Part shown: piece after piece, positions 1 through 9,479 of the stretch | Layout of the letters: each line of letters starts with the position of its first letter | Numbering within the stretch: position 1 is the first letter of the stretch | From: Faecousia sp. | Lineage (GTDB): Bacteria > Bacillota > Clostridia > Oscillospirales > Oscillospiraceae | NCBI GenBank assembly: GCA_045590135.1 | Contig: JAZNQK010000035.1 | Location: forward strand, 21,833 to 85,832 | Direction of reading: 5' to 3' | DNA length: 64,000 bases | Position numbers and translations under genes: made by a program | Notes under the pieces: model-generated | Database searches by the model: none | Told to the model about the DNA's origin: nothing | Seen by the model: the letters and a program-made list of their open reading frames with translations, nothing else

Positions 1-312
1 TTACTTAACTTGTACCTCGCCGGACCTATCAGCTATCAGTTCGCCTCTCCCTTCCCGGCCGGTGTTTCCCTGCAAGAGCTGACAATAAATAATGGCGTTG
101 CCGAGATCACCCTCAGCAATCAGATCACGCAACTGTCGGACTATAATATCACCTTGGCATTAGCCTGCTTAGTACTGACTGCAGACAGTATTTTGAATGT
201 GGAATCCGTAACGATCCGCGCAGCGGATGCGCTGATATATGACAGTCCGTCCGTTACCCTCAGCCCGGAGGATTTCGCATTTCTCACCGAGACTACAAAA
301 TTATTTCCATAG
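1..312 (+). CDS. GerMN-domain (sporulation/germination) protein, C-terminal part, truncated by window start
   Basis: Frame open from base 1; 'LYLAGP...SPFPAGVSLQELTINNGVAEITLS...ALACLVLT...VESVTI' resembles a GerMN domain. Confidence 0.6.
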   Translation, partial: LLNLYLAGPISYQFASPFPAGVSLQELTINNGVAEITLSNQITQLSDYNITLALACLVLTADSILNVESVTIRAADALIYDSPSVTLSPEDFAFLTETTKLFP

Positions 313-320
313 GAGCTTAT

Positions 321-1070
321 ATGAAATTCATTTCCTGGAATGTCAATGGCCTGCGCGCCTGTATTCAAAAAGGTTTTTTAGACTATTTTCATCAAACAGA
401 TGCAGACTTTTTCTGCCTTCAGGAGACTAAGCTACAGCCCGATCAACTGACCTTGGAGCTGCCCGGCTACTACCAATACTGGAACTATGCCCAGAAAAAA
501 GGTTATTCAGGGACTGCTGTGCTTACTAAAGTCAAACCGGATGCTGTCACCTACGGTATCGGTGTTCCGGAGTTGGATACCGAAGGTCGCGTTATCACCC
601 TTTCGTATAAGGATTTCTACCTTGTCACCTGCTACACACCGAATGCCCAGCGGGAACTGGCGCGTATCGATCACAGAATGCTTTGGGAGGAGGCTTTCCT
701 TAGCTATATAAAACGGTTAGATTCAGAAAAGCCAGTCATCTTATGCGGTGACTTAAATGTAGCACACAAGGAGATCGATCTTAAAAATCCAAAATCCAAT
801 CGCGGCAATGCCGGTTTCTCAGATCAGGAGCGTGATCGTTTTAATACACTGCTCGCATCCGGATTTACCGACACATTCCGGTATCTGTATCCGGAGCTCA
901 CTGGTGCATATACCTGGTGGAGTTATATGTTTAAGGCGAGAGAAAACAACGCAGGCTGGCGAATCGATTATTTCATCGTGTCTGACCGTTTGCAAAGCCA
1001 AATTAAAAAGGCAGCCATCGAAGCCCAGATCCTGGGTTCCGATCACTGCCCGGTGCTGCTGGAGTTATAG
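321..1070 (+). CDS. xth: Exodeoxyribonuclease III / AP endonuclease
   Basis: SWNVNGLRA, LQETK, GDLNVAH, WRIDY, GSDHCP motifs; AGGAG RBS. Confidence 0.95.
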   Translation: MKFISWNVNGLRACIQKGFLDYFHQTDADFFCLQETKLQPDQLTLELPGYYQYWNYAQKKGYSGTAVLTKVKPDAVTYGIGVPELDTEGRVITLSYKDFYLVTCYTPNAQRELARIDHRMLWEEAFLSYIKRLDSEKPVILCGDLNVAHKEIDLKNPKSNRGNAGFSDQERDRFNTLLASGFTDTFRYLYPELTGAYTWWSYMFKARENNAGWRIDYFIVSDRLQSQIKKAAIEAQILGSDHCPVLLEL

Positions 1071-1442
1071 TTTTTCATTGAATATAATACACTTTTCATC
1101 CGATCTGATGACCAACTTCGAATCCTCCAGCAAATGTAAATAGGAAACAGGCGTGTTCGCGTGAAATTTTGTAATTCGATCAGCATTACTGTATACAACG
1201 AACTTTATACTCCCGCCTGTCAAATGTTTCCTTGGAAGATCTTTTCGCAGCACAAAACTGTCCCCTTCCGGAATCAGCAGTCCAAGATCCAAAAACTCGT
1301 TGCCACAAAGGATTTTCATTCGCGACATCTCATTTTCTGCGATGCAGCAGCTTGCTTGTATTCTGTAATACAAGCCATTCTCACTGATATTCGCTGAGCC
1401 AATCTTTTGACTGTTATATAGCACATCATATTCTCCACACAA
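1065..1442 (-). CDS. Hypothetical protein (~125 aa), possibly a mother-cell sporulation gene
   Basis: TTG start at 1442 behind a GGGAGG RBS; fills the gap between mazF and xth; the ORF-track start at 1538 overlaps mazF. Confidence 0.6.
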   Translation of the reverse strand: MCGEYDVLYNSQKIGSANISENGLYYRIQASCCIAENEMSRMKILCGNEFLDLGLLIPEGDSFVLRKDLPRKHLTGGSIKFVVYSNADRITKFHANTPVSYLHLLEDSKLVIRSDEKCIIFNEKL

Positions 1443-1461
1443 ATTAATCGCCCCCTCCCGC

Positions 1462-1490
1462 AGCTTATGCACGGGAAGGGGCGAATATTC
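1462..1490 (-). promoter_or_regulatory. SigE-like promoter for ORF 1065..1442
   Basis: Minus strand GAATATT-N14-CATAAGCT fits the sigma-E consensus and spacing. Confidence 0.45.
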
Positions 1491-1497
1491 TTTTATG

Positions 1498-1854
1498 CTA
1501 TACACCCGGCAATCCAAAGCTGACCGCGATCGCATCATTCACAAGCAGCATTTGTTCGTCGTCCAACCTGCCCATATGCTCTCGCAGGCGTTTCTTATCG
1601 ATCGTACGGATCTGCTCCAGCAAAATGACAGAGTCTTTACTCAATCCAACGCTTCCGCCTGCAATATTGATATGCGTAGGAAGTCTTGCCTTCCCGGTCT
1701 GACTGGTGATTGCCGCGGCGATCACTGTAGGAGAATGCCGGTTGCCTGTATCGTTCTGAACGATCAGAACCGGTCTTGTGCCGCCCTGCTCACTTCCTAC
1801 TACCGGCGACAGATCAGCATAGAAAATGTCACCGCGTCTAACTGTGCTGTCCAT
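1498..1854 (-). CDS. mazF: MazF/PemK (EndoA/NdoA-type) endoribonuclease toxin
   Basis: [30 protein letters not shown]...[11 protein letters not shown]...[11 protein letters not shown]; catalytic Arg and Thr retained. Confidence 0.95.
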   Translation of the reverse strand: MDSTVRRGDIFYADLSPVVGSEQGGTRPVLIVQNDTGNRHSPTVIAAAITSQTGKARLPTHINIAGGSVGLSKDSVILLEQIRTIDKKRLREHMGRLDDEQMLLVNDAIAVSFGLPGV

Positions 1855-1884
1855 TATAACACACTCCGTGAGATATCATTGCCA

Positions 1885-1913
1885 GCGTTACCGGATGACT
1901 CCGTATGTAACGC
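1885..1913 (-). promoter_or_regulatory. Structured hairpin in the mazF 5' leader
   Basis: Minus strand GCGTTAC-ATA-CGGA-GTCA-TCCG-GTAACGC; no U-tract, so not a terminator. Confidence 0.5.
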
Positions 1914-1991
1914 GGTATCTAAATATTCCCACGATCACACAGATATTATACCGGTGCTGTCAAAATATCCTATGCACGCAGCGACAAAAAT

Positions 1992-2555
1992 TTACAAAAA
2001 TTCAAATTCACTGACCTTCATTGACAGAACGCGATGTCCTTGCCATAAAATTTCACAAAAGTAAGGCTCCAGATCCTCATCAATGTACACCTGCAACAGC
2101 AATGCTTCATCCTCATAACTGTCGTTCAGCAGCAGTTCATAACCTTCTTCTGTTTTGCCGCAGGCAGTCAGATATCCGCTTTTTAGCGTATTGATCAATA
2201 TCCACGGCGCACTGACCGGCGAAATCTCCTTATCTGTTAGTTTTGGAAACGCAAGTACTTCATCGTCGAAAGTAAGCGCTGAACGATCATAAGAAACAAA
2301 GCCGCTGATGCCGCTGATGGATTCCGGTGCAGTAGCGCAGAAGGTAAGCTTCCCTTCCTTATCTGAAACACATTCCACACAAAATGTATATAATCTATCA
2401 CCGTAATCTGCTGTAACAGCAGCTTGAAAGCTGCAGCCGGATGCTGAAAGCAGCATATTCCTCAACTCAAGTCCTTTATTCAAAGATCCCTCATTATCGG
2501 AACACCCGGCTAAGAAAGTAATACATATCAGTAATGCAGCAAATAACCGTTTCAA
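1992..2555 (-). CDS. Lipoprotein, probably YdcC/LolA-like
   Basis: Signal peptide with lipobox FLAGC; position between nnrD and mazF matches the usual clostridial cluster. Confidence 0.65.
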   Translation of the reverse strand: MKRLFAALLICITFLAGCSDNEGSLNKGLELRNMLLSASGCSFQAAVTADYGDRLYTFCVECVSDKEGKLTFCATAPESISGISGFVSYDRSALTFDDEVLAFPKLTDKEISPVSAPWILINTLKSGYLTACGKTEEGYELLLNDSYEDEALLLQVYIDEDLEPYFCEILWQGHRVLSMKVSEFEFL

Positions 2556-2566
2556 CGCATCACGCC

Positions 2567-3409
2567 CTATTTCAAAAGTCGCGGCAGTGCATTTACCATA
2601 TCAGAAGGAAGCATTCCATACTGACCAAGCTCTTCGGCGCAAAGGTCGCCAGCTGCACCGTGAAGCCACACACCGCACGCTGCTGCCTGTAAAGGGGGTA
2701 GGCCTTGTCCAACCAGTGCTGTGATTATGCCGGCAAGCACATCTCCTGATCCGCCGACAGCCATACCGGGATTTCCCGTAGTATTGATATAAGAATCCTT
2801 ACCGTCTGTAATTATCGTTCTATGTCCCTTCAAAACAGTAATAATCCCTAACTCCCGGGATAGTTCCTCCGCAGCTGAAATTCCGCTGCATTGACCAGTA
2901 TATATCCTGGAAAACTCACCGGGATGAGGTGTTAATATGGTAGATCCAGTTCTGCTGCGCAATACATCTTTATGCTGCGACAAAACATTTATGCCATCTG
3001 CGTCAACAATTACCGGCTTTTGAAAGTTTGTCAGCACATATTCCACCACATGAAGCGTTCCCTCATTGCAGCCAAGTCCCGGACCAATCAGCACTGCATC
3101 CATTTTAGGCAAAAGCTCAGCAATTTTATCGCTAGCTCTCTCGCACAGCGTACCGTTATGATCCGGAAGAGGAAGTACGATGGCTTCCGTCAGCTTGATG
3201 GCTTCTATTACATAGATGCTCTCAGGTACACCCACATATACAAGACCTGCACCGCTGCGCAGTGCGCCCATAGCCGCAAGTGCTGCAGCGCCGGTATATC
3301 CGACACTACCACACAGAAGCAGGATCCTCCCATAATCTCCCTTGTGGCTGTCAGGTTTTCTAACAGGCAAATGTGCCAGTACCTGATTATGATCAATAGA
3401 AATCTGCAC
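2567..3409 (-). CDS. nnrD: ADP-dependent NAD(P)H-hydrate dehydratase (no epimerase domain)
   Basis: SHKGDYG, IGPGLG, VDADG, TPHPGEF, GSGDVLAG motifs. Confidence 0.9.
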   Translation of the reverse strand: MQISIDHNQVLAHLPVRKPDSHKGDYGRILLLCGSVGYTGAAALAAMGALRSGAGLVYVGVPESIYVIEAIKLTEAIVLPLPDHNGTLCERASDKIAELLPKMDAVLIGPGLGCNEGTLHVVEYVLTNFQKPVIVDADGINVLSQHKDVLRSRTGSTILTPHPGEFSRIYTGQCSGISAAEELSRELGIITVLKGHRTIITDGKDSYINTTGNPGMAVGGSGDVLAGIITALVGQGLPPLQAAACGVWLHGAAGDLCAEELGQYGMLPSDMVNALPRLLK

Positions 3410-3441
3410 GCCTGATCCTCCCTTTTATCCATGGTGGTTTA

Positions 3442-3470
3442 ATCGTAGCATTGACATTTCCCGCAGTCAA
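3442..3470 (-). promoter_or_regulatory. Sigma-A promoter of nnrD
   Basis: TTGACT-N17-TACGAT with extended TG. Confidence 0.55.
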
Positions 3471-3489
3471 GGCAAATAATAATTAATAC

Positions 3490-3518
3490 TTGCATTTTAT
3501 TCACAAATATGGTAGGAT
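3490..3518 (+). promoter_or_regulatory. Sigma-A promoter of the pheST leader
   Basis: TTGCAT-N17-TAGGAT with extended TG. Confidence 0.65.
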
Positions 3519-3524
3519 GATGCC

Positions 3525-3789
3525 AATATGCAAAGGCTTTGACCGGGCTGTCTGTGCTGGCAAACACATTATCAGAGAAAGCGGGGTGGTGGGATCCGCT
3601 TATGTGCAGCAACAGGCCTTCTCCCGTGAGCTGCAGTTCTGAAGGATCTATAGTAGGTACTGCCGGCAGATCTCCGTTACAGATCAGTGATGCATTTCAT
3701 CACATAAGCTGCGCCATATGGCGAATCGCGGGTGGTACCGCGGAGGAACGCTCCTTCGTCCCGATTTAGGGATGGAGGATTATTTTTTA
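3525..3789 (+). ncRNA. T-box riboswitch, Phe specifier
   Basis: AGAGA and GGTGG stem-I motifs; specifier TTC at 3619-3621; T-box GGGTGGTACCGCGG near 3729-3742; terminator 3751-3789. Confidence 0.92.
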
Positions 3790-3813
3790 TATAAACCGAA
3801 AGGAAGTATCGAT

Positions 3814-4857
3814 ATGAAAAAACAATTGGAGCAGATCAAAACGCAGGCACTGGAAGCTTTAAGCAAAGCTGCAACGCCTGCAGATCTGGAAGAACTGAGA
3901 GTTAAATATTTGGGTAAAAAAGGCGAACTTACCGCTGTCTTGAAGCAAATGGGCGGTTTATCTGCCGAGGAACGCCCGATTATGGGTCAGATCGCCAACT
4001 CAGTCCGCGCTGATATCGAATCCTGCCTGGAGCAGCGCAAGGTCAGCATCAACGCTGCCGTCCTGGAAGCAAAGCTGGCAGCCGAGGCTCTGGATGTGAC
4101 CATTCCCGGCGCGGAAGTGGAAATGGGACACGAGCATCCTATGAATAAGGTGCTGCAGGAGATCAAGGATATGTTCGTAGGTATGGGTTATCAGATCGTC
4201 GACGGTCCGGAGATCGAACTGGCAGATTATAACTTTACCCGGTTGAATATCGAGGAGGGCCACCCTTCCCGTGATCGCTCTGACACCTTCTATTTTACAG
4301 ATGATGACAGCGTCCTGCTGCGTACACAGACCAGTCCTATGCAGATCCGTGTTATGGAAAATGCGAAACCTCCCATTTGCATCCTGGCACCCGGCAGGGT
4401 GTACCGCAAAGATGAGGCAGACGCTACACACTCTCCTATGTTCCACCAAATCGAAGGCCTTGTTGTGGATGAAAACATCACAATGGGCGATCTGAAGGGT
4501 GCGCTGGTTACATTGATGAAGCGTCTGTACGGCGAGGATGCTGTCATGCGTTTCCGGCCCCACCACTTCCCCTTTACCGAGCCCAGCTGTGAGATGGATA
4601 TGCAGTGCCACAAGTGTCATGGCACAGGTGAAGTAGACGGCAATGTTTGTTCTACATGTCACGGTGAAGGCTGGATCGAGCTGCTGGGTGCCGGTATGGT
4701 CCATCCCAAGGTATTGCAGTGCTGCGGCATTGATCCGGAAAAGTACTCCGGCTTCGCATTCGGCATGGGTCTGGAGCGTATGGCCATGCGCCGCACACGG
4801 ATCAACGATCTTCGTTTGATCTTTGATAACGATATGCGTTTCCTGTCGCAGTTCTAA
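3814..4857 (+). CDS. pheS: Phenylalanyl-tRNA synthetase alpha subunit
   Basis: LLRTQTSP, DATHSPMFHQIEG, FPFTEPS, GFAFGMGLER; ATG at 3814. Confidence 0.97.
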   Translation: MKKQLEQIKTQALEALSKAATPADLEELRVKYLGKKGELTAVLKQMGGLSAEERPIMGQIANSVRADIESCLEQRKVSINAAVLEAKLAAEALDVTIPGAEVEMGHEHPMNKVLQEIKDMFVGMGYQIVDGPEIELADYNFTRLNIEEGHPSRDRSDTFYFTDDDSVLLRTQTSPMQIRVMENAKPPICILAPGRVYRKDEADATHSPMFHQIEGLVVDENITMGDLKGALVTLMKRLYGEDAVMRFRPHHFPFTEPSCEMDMQCHKCHGTGEVDGNVCSTCHGEGWIELLGAGMVHPKVLQCCGIDPEKYSGFAFGMGLERMAMRRTRINDLRLIFDNDMRFLSQF

Positions 4858-4871
4858 GGGGGTAGAAAACA

Positions 4872-7256
4872 ATGAAGCTTAACAGAAAGTGGATCAATGA
4901 AGAATTTGTTGATCTTTCCAATGTATCTGATAAAGAATTTGTAGACAAACTGACTATTTTCGGCCAGAAGGTCGAAACCTATGAGCGTCTGGACGCACAG
5001 ATCAAGAATGTTGTTGTCGGTAAGGTCCGTTCCATTGTCCGGCACGAAAACTCTGATCATATGTGGGTCTGTCAGATCGATGTAGGCACAGAAGAACCTG
5101 TTCAGATTGTTACAGGCGCACAGAATGTCAAGGAAGGCGACCTGGTGCCTGCCGCACTGCATAACTCCTGGCTGCCCGGCGGCATTCATATCACTAAGGG
5201 AAAGCTGCGCGGTGTGCCCTCCAACGGTATGCTGTGTTCCCTCACAGAGCTTGGTCTGACTGTCAACGATTTCCCCTACGCCATCGAAGACGGCATCTGG
5301 ATCATTGAAGAGCCCTGCAAGCCTGGTGATGACATCAACACAGTCATTGGAAATGACGATACGGTTGTAGACTTTGAGATTACCAACAACCGTCCCGATT
5401 GCTACTCTATCATCGGTCTTGCCCGTGAAGCTGCTGCAGCTTTCCAAAAAACTATGAAGCACCACGAGCCTGTTGTAAAAGGCAGCGATGCCGGCTCTAT
5501 TTTTGATAAGCTGGATGTAGAAGTGCCCGCAGAGGAGCTTTGTAACCGTTACACCGCCCGTATGGTAGCCAATGTGAAGATCGCGCCCTCACCCAAATGG
5601 CTGCGGGACCGTCTGCGTGCCAACGGCGTGCGTCCTATCAACAATATCGTGGATATCACCAATTATGTGATGCTGGAATACGGCCAGCCGATGCACGCAT
5701 TTGACTATCGGTATGTGTCCTCCGGTAAGATCATCGTCCGCGAAAGCGAAGACGGTGAGTCTTTAACTACCCTCGACGGCGTCGTTCGCCCCTTGAAAAG
5801 CGGTATGCTTGTCATTGCTGACGATGATAAGCCTATCGGCCTTGCCGGCATAATGGGTGGAGAAAACAGTGAGATACTGGACGATACAACAATGGTCGTC
5901 TTTGAATCTGCAAACTTCAACGGAACATCCATCCGTCAGACTGCATTGGCTTTAGGAATGCGTACAGAGGCCTCCGGTAAGTTCGAAAAGAATTTGGATC
6001 CTATGATGACAGTCCCTGCTGTGCAGCGTGCCTGCGAGCTTGTTGAAATGCTCTCCTGCGGCGATGTGCTGGACGGAACCATTGATATCATCAACTATGT
6101 TCCCCAGCCCAAGACAGTCATCCTTGAGCCTGAGAAGATCTACGCCCTGCTGGGCACCAGCATCTCCACAGAGGATATGGTCCGCTATCTTAATTATCTT
6201 GAGATCCCCGTTAACGATAATGAGATCGCAGTTCCCTCCTGGCGTCCTGATCTGAACCTGATGGCGGACATTGCTGAGGAAGTTGGCCGTTCCTTCGGTT
6301 ATAACGAGATCCCCACTACCGCCTTTAAGACTTCTACCCAAGGCGGCTACACCCCTTATATGAAGTTAGAGAGCAAGGCCGGTGCGGTTTGCCGTTCCCT
6401 GGGTTACAGCGAGATCATCACCTACTCCTTTGTATCCCCTGCTATTTTTGATAAGATCCGCTTAAGCAGCGACTCTCCTTTGAGAAAGACGCTCCGTATT
6501 CAAAATCCCCTCGGTGAAGATACCTCTGTCATGCGCACCACCTCCCTGCCTTCTATGCTGGATATTCTCTCCAGAAATAATGCTTACCACAACAAGTCTG
6601 TTAAGCTCTATGAGATCGCGAAAATTTATCTGCCTACCGAAGGACAGGTGCTCCCGGAAGAGCCTAAGATCCTGACGCTGGGCACTTACGGCGATGATGT
6701 AGACTTCTTCACCATCAAGGGCGAACTGGAAGCAATACTGTCCAATCTGCGCATCAAGCCTGCCCGCTACAGCGCAGACAGCTCAAATCCCAGCTATCAC
6801 CCTGGTCGTTGCGCCAAGGTCACCATCGACGGTATAGAAGTAGGTTATATTGGACAGATCCATCCTTTGGTTGCCAAAAATTATGATATCGAATCTGATG
6901 TCTATTGCGCACAGATCGACTTTAATAAGCTGTCTGATCTGCAGCTGCCTGAAGCAACCTATATGCCTCTGCCTAAGTATCCGACAGTTTCCCGGGATTT
7001 GGCTGTTGTTTGCGATGAGCATATCTGTGTCGCGCAGGTGGTAGACTGCATCTGTGCAGCAGCAGGTAAGCTTCTTCGTGACATTCGCCTGTTCGATATC
7101 TACCGCGGCCCCGGTGTTGCTGAGGGCAAGAAGAGTATGGCGTTTGCACTTCAAATGCGTGCTGATGACCGTACCCTTACAGATACTGATATTGAGCAGG
7201 TCATTAATAAAGTGCTCAAAAAGTTAGCATCCGACCTGTCTGCTGTATTGCGTTAA
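4872..7256 (+). CDS. pheT: Phenylalanyl-tRNA synthetase beta subunit
   Basis: [37 protein letters not shown]-terminal FDX-ACB (LFDIYRG). Confidence 0.97.
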   Translation: MKLNRKWINEEFVDLSNVSDKEFVDKLTIFGQKVETYERLDAQIKNVVVGKVRSIVRHENSDHMWVCQIDVGTEEPVQIVTGAQNVKEGDLVPAALHNSWLPGGIHITKGKLRGVPSNGMLCSLTELGLTVNDFPYAIEDGIWIIEEPCKPGDDINTVIGNDDTVVDFEITNNRPDCYSIIGLAREAAAAFQKTMKHHEPVVKGSDAGSIFDKLDVEVPAEELCNRYTARMVANVKIAPSPKWLRDRLRANGVRPINNIVDITNYVMLEYGQPMHAFDYRYVSSGKIIVRESEDGESLTTLDGVVRPLKSGMLVIADDDKPIGLAGIMGGENSEILDDTTMVVFESANFNGTSIRQTALALGMRTEASGKFEKNLDPMMTVPAVQRACELVEMLSCGDVLDGTIDIINYVPQPKTVILEPEKIYALLGTSISTEDMVRYLNYLEIPVNDNEIAVPSWRPDLNLMADIAEEVGRSFGYNEIPTTAFKTSTQGGYTPYMKLESKAGAVCRSLGYSEIITYSFVSPAIFDKIRLSSDSPLRKTLRIQNPLGEDTSVMRTTSLPSMLDILSRNNAYHNKSVKLYEIAKIYLPTEGQVLPEEPKILTLGTYGDDVDFFTIKGELEAILSNLRIKPARYSADSSNPSYHPGRCAKVTIDGIEVGYIGQIHPLVAKNYDIESDVYCAQIDFNKLSDLQLPEATYMPLPKYPTVSRDLAVVCDEHICVAQVVDCICAAAGKLLRDIRLFDIYRGPGVAEGKKSMAFALQMRADDRTLTDTDIEQVINKVLKKLASDLSAVLR

Positions 7257-7289
7257 TAAAAATTCAAACAAATTTTTATGATTCAGGTC

Positions 7290-7318
7290 TTTACACCCCG
7301 GAAAAAATGGGATATAAT
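7290..7318 (+). promoter_or_regulatory. Sigma-A promoter of ireB
   Basis: TTTACA-N17-TATAAT. Confidence 0.6.
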
Positions 7319-7348
7319 GTCCATATCACTTGGAAGGAGGTCGTTCAT

Positions 7349-7612
7349 ATGACGGAAAGTTCAATGAAAAGCACCATCAAATTTGCCGTACCCAACGAAG
7401 ACAAGGATAATATGCATCGCACACTCCGCAGCGTGTTCGACGCTCTGAGTGAAAAAGGATATAATCCCATCAATCAGATCGTTGGTTATCTGCTCACAGA
7501 AGATCCTACCTATATTACCAATTATAATAATGCCCGGAGCATGATCTGCAAGATCGACCGGGACGAGCTGCTGCAGGATCTTGTTCGCAGTTATCTGTCT
7601 GAAAAGGCCTAA
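7349..7612 (+). CDS. ireB: IreB/ReoM family regulatory phosphoprotein (DUF965)
   Basis: [33 protein letters not shown]...IDRDELL; AAGGAGG RBS before ATG 7349. Confidence 0.92.
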   Translation: MTESSMKSTIKFAVPNEDKDNMHRTLRSVFDALSEKGYNPINQIVGYLLTEDPTYITNYNNARSMICKIDRDELLQDLVRSYLSEKA

Positions 7613-7669
7613 AATTTATGTGAGGCTTTTGTAAATCAAAAGCCTCACGATTCTTAAATGGAGGTTTAT

Positions 7670-7957
7670 ATGTCTGAGAACCAGGTTTTGACCTATAAGG
7701 GGCATCCCCTTATGCGAAAGGACAATTTGATTTATTACGGTTCTATGGCTGACAGCCATATCGTAATGCTGCAGATTTTGGAAACAAAAAAAATCGGTGA
7801 TACCGAGGTCGCATCCCGCGTTTCCGTACAGCTTCAGCTGACTGATCCCGCTGCAAAAAGCCGTGACCGTATCGTTAAGAAAGGCGAAAAAGCCGGTCTT
7901 TACACCGCGCTGGACTTCGGCTGTGTTTGGCTGGAGCGCGCCTTGGCAGGCAAATAA
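7670..7957 (+). CDS. Hypothetical protein (95 aa)
   Basis: GGAGG RBS, ATG 7670, followed by a strong terminator. Confidence 0.8.
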   Translation: MSENQVLTYKGHPLMRKDNLIYYGSMADSHIVMLQILETKKIGDTEVASRVSVQLQLTDPAAKSRDRIVKKGEKAGLYTALDFGCVWLERALAGK

Positions 7958-7962
7958 TTTAC

Positions 7963-7992
7963 AAACCCGGCATCTTCGGATGCCGGGTTTTT
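7963..7992 (+). terminator. Intrinsic terminator
   Basis: AAACCCGGCATC-TTCG-GATGCCGGGTTT plus T-tract. Confidence 0.85.
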
Positions 7993-8044
7993 ATATTCCT
8001 GTATTTTTTACATATACTACAAAAAATACAGGAGGTAAATTACG

Positions 8045-9067
8045 ATGGCAAAGCAAATGGGTAAGCAAAGCTTCGTGCTGTGTGAACCACCCGTAATTTG
8101 TGCATGGGCAAGTGTTGCCGGAAAAAAAGAATCCGACGGTCCTCTTTGCAGCACATTTGACCTCGTATGCGAGGATGCCTTTTTCGGTCAAAAAACCTGG
8201 GAACAAGCCGAGAAAAAAATGCAACAATTGGCGCTGAATACATTGATAAAAAAGAGCGGTATTAACAAAGATCAGATCGGTCTTATCTATTCCGGAGACC
8301 TTTTGAATCAATGTATCGGCTCATCCTTTGCCCTTAGAAATAACGGCATCCCACACCTGGGACTGTATGGCGCTTGCTCAACAATGGCGCAAAGTTTACT
8401 GATGGCTGCAATGACAGTAGAATCCGGCTCTTTTGATAATGTTATAGCAATGACATCCTCTCATTTTGCATCCTCGGAAAGACAATTTCGCTTTCCTTTA
8501 GGCTATGGCGGACAGCGAACACCAACATCGCAATGGACAGTTACCGGCTCCGGTGCAGCACTGGTGTCCAAAAACGGGACCGGCCCGCGGATCACCGCCT
8601 GCACAGTCGGCACTGTAACAGACCTTGGTGTAAAGGATGCCAATAATATGGGCGCAGCAATGGCACCGTCTGCCCTATCGACCATCCGTGCACATTTTCA
8701 GGATCTGAATACTACAGCAGATGATTACGACCTCATTGTAACCGGCGATCTTGGAAATATTGGCAAGGAGCTTTTACTGACCTTAGCCCAAAGAGAGGGT
8801 CTCAACATTGGCGGAAAGCTGACAGATTGCGGATCCTTGATTTTCGATCCACTGAAGCAGGATGTCCACGCAGGCGGTTCCGGCTGCGGCTGCAGCGCTG
8901 TCACGCTCTGCGGGTATCTTCTGAATCAGATCCGATCCAACAAGTTAAAAAAGATCCTGTTCTGTGGCACAGGTGCCCTGCTTTCCCCCACATCAACGCA
9001 GCAAAGTCTTCCAATACCCGGAATTTGTCACGCAGTCACGATCACCGGAGGTAGTTATCATGATTGA
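8045..9067 (+). CDS. spoVAD: Stage V sporulation protein AD
   Basis: GDLLNQ, GLYGACST, SSHFASSERQFRFPL, QWTVTGSGA, NNMGAAMAP, GGSGCGCS. Confidence 0.95.
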   Translation: MAKQMGKQSFVLCEPPVICAWASVAGKKESDGPLCSTFDLVCEDAFFGQKTWEQAEKKMQQLALNTLIKKSGINKDQIGLIYSGDLLNQCIGSSFALRNNGIPHLGLYGACSTMAQSLLMAAMTVESGSFDNVIAMTSSHFASSERQFRFPLGYGGQRTPTSQWTVTGSGAALVSKNGTGPRITACTVGTVTDLGVKDANNMGAAMAPSALSTIRAHFQDLNTTADDYDLIVTGDLGNIGKELLLTLAQREGLNIGGKLTDCGSLIFDPLKQDVHAGGSGCGCSAVTLCGYLLNQIRSNKLKKILFCGTGALLSPTSTQQSLPIPGICHAVTITGGSYHD

Positions 9068-9419
9068 CATTTTGAAAGCCTTTCTTGTTGGCGGTATATT
9101 TTGTCTTATCGGTCAGATTTTAATTGATAAAACTACACTTACGCCTGCCAGGATTTTAACCGGATATGTAGTTGTCGGTGTGGTCCTGGGCGCATTGGGG
9201 ATTTATGAAAAAATCGTAGATTTTGCTGGTGCTGGTGCGACCGTGCCGCTCACAGGTTTTGGCTACACGCTTTCTAAAGGCGTGCGCGAAGCCATACAGG
9301 AAAAAGGTTTCCTGGGAATATTCATTGGTGGACTCAAAGCTACAGCCGGCGGCATTGCAGCTGCGATCAGTGCAGGTTTGCTGGTCAGTCTGATATTCAA
9401 GCCCCGGGATAAATCCTGA
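9060..9419 (+). CDS. spoVAE: Stage V sporulation protein AE (SpoVAEb)
   Basis: AFLVGGIFCLIGQILIDKT.LTPARIL, AGAGATVPLTGFG; overlaps the spoVAD stop. Confidence 0.9.
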   Translation: MIDILKAFLVGGIFCLIGQILIDKTTLTPARILTGYVVVGVVLGALGIYEKIVDFAGAGATVPLTGFGYTLSKGVREAIQEKGFLGIFIGGLKATAGGIAAAISAGLLVSLIFKPRDKS

Positions 9420-9479
9420 AAGTTGGGGCAACCTATACACGCAGCGACAATGCTGTTATCATAATTGGAGGATAAAAAG

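Noticed and set aside
1943-1966. TTGACA and TATAAT upstream of mazF as a sigma-A promoter
   Set aside because: The hexamers are only 7 bp apart; the actual promoter could not be assigned.
3539-3813. ORF 3539..3769 and the extended pheS start at 3718; likewise ORFs 57381..57603 and 40601..40957
   Set aside because: They overlap T-box leaders or are antisense to real genes.
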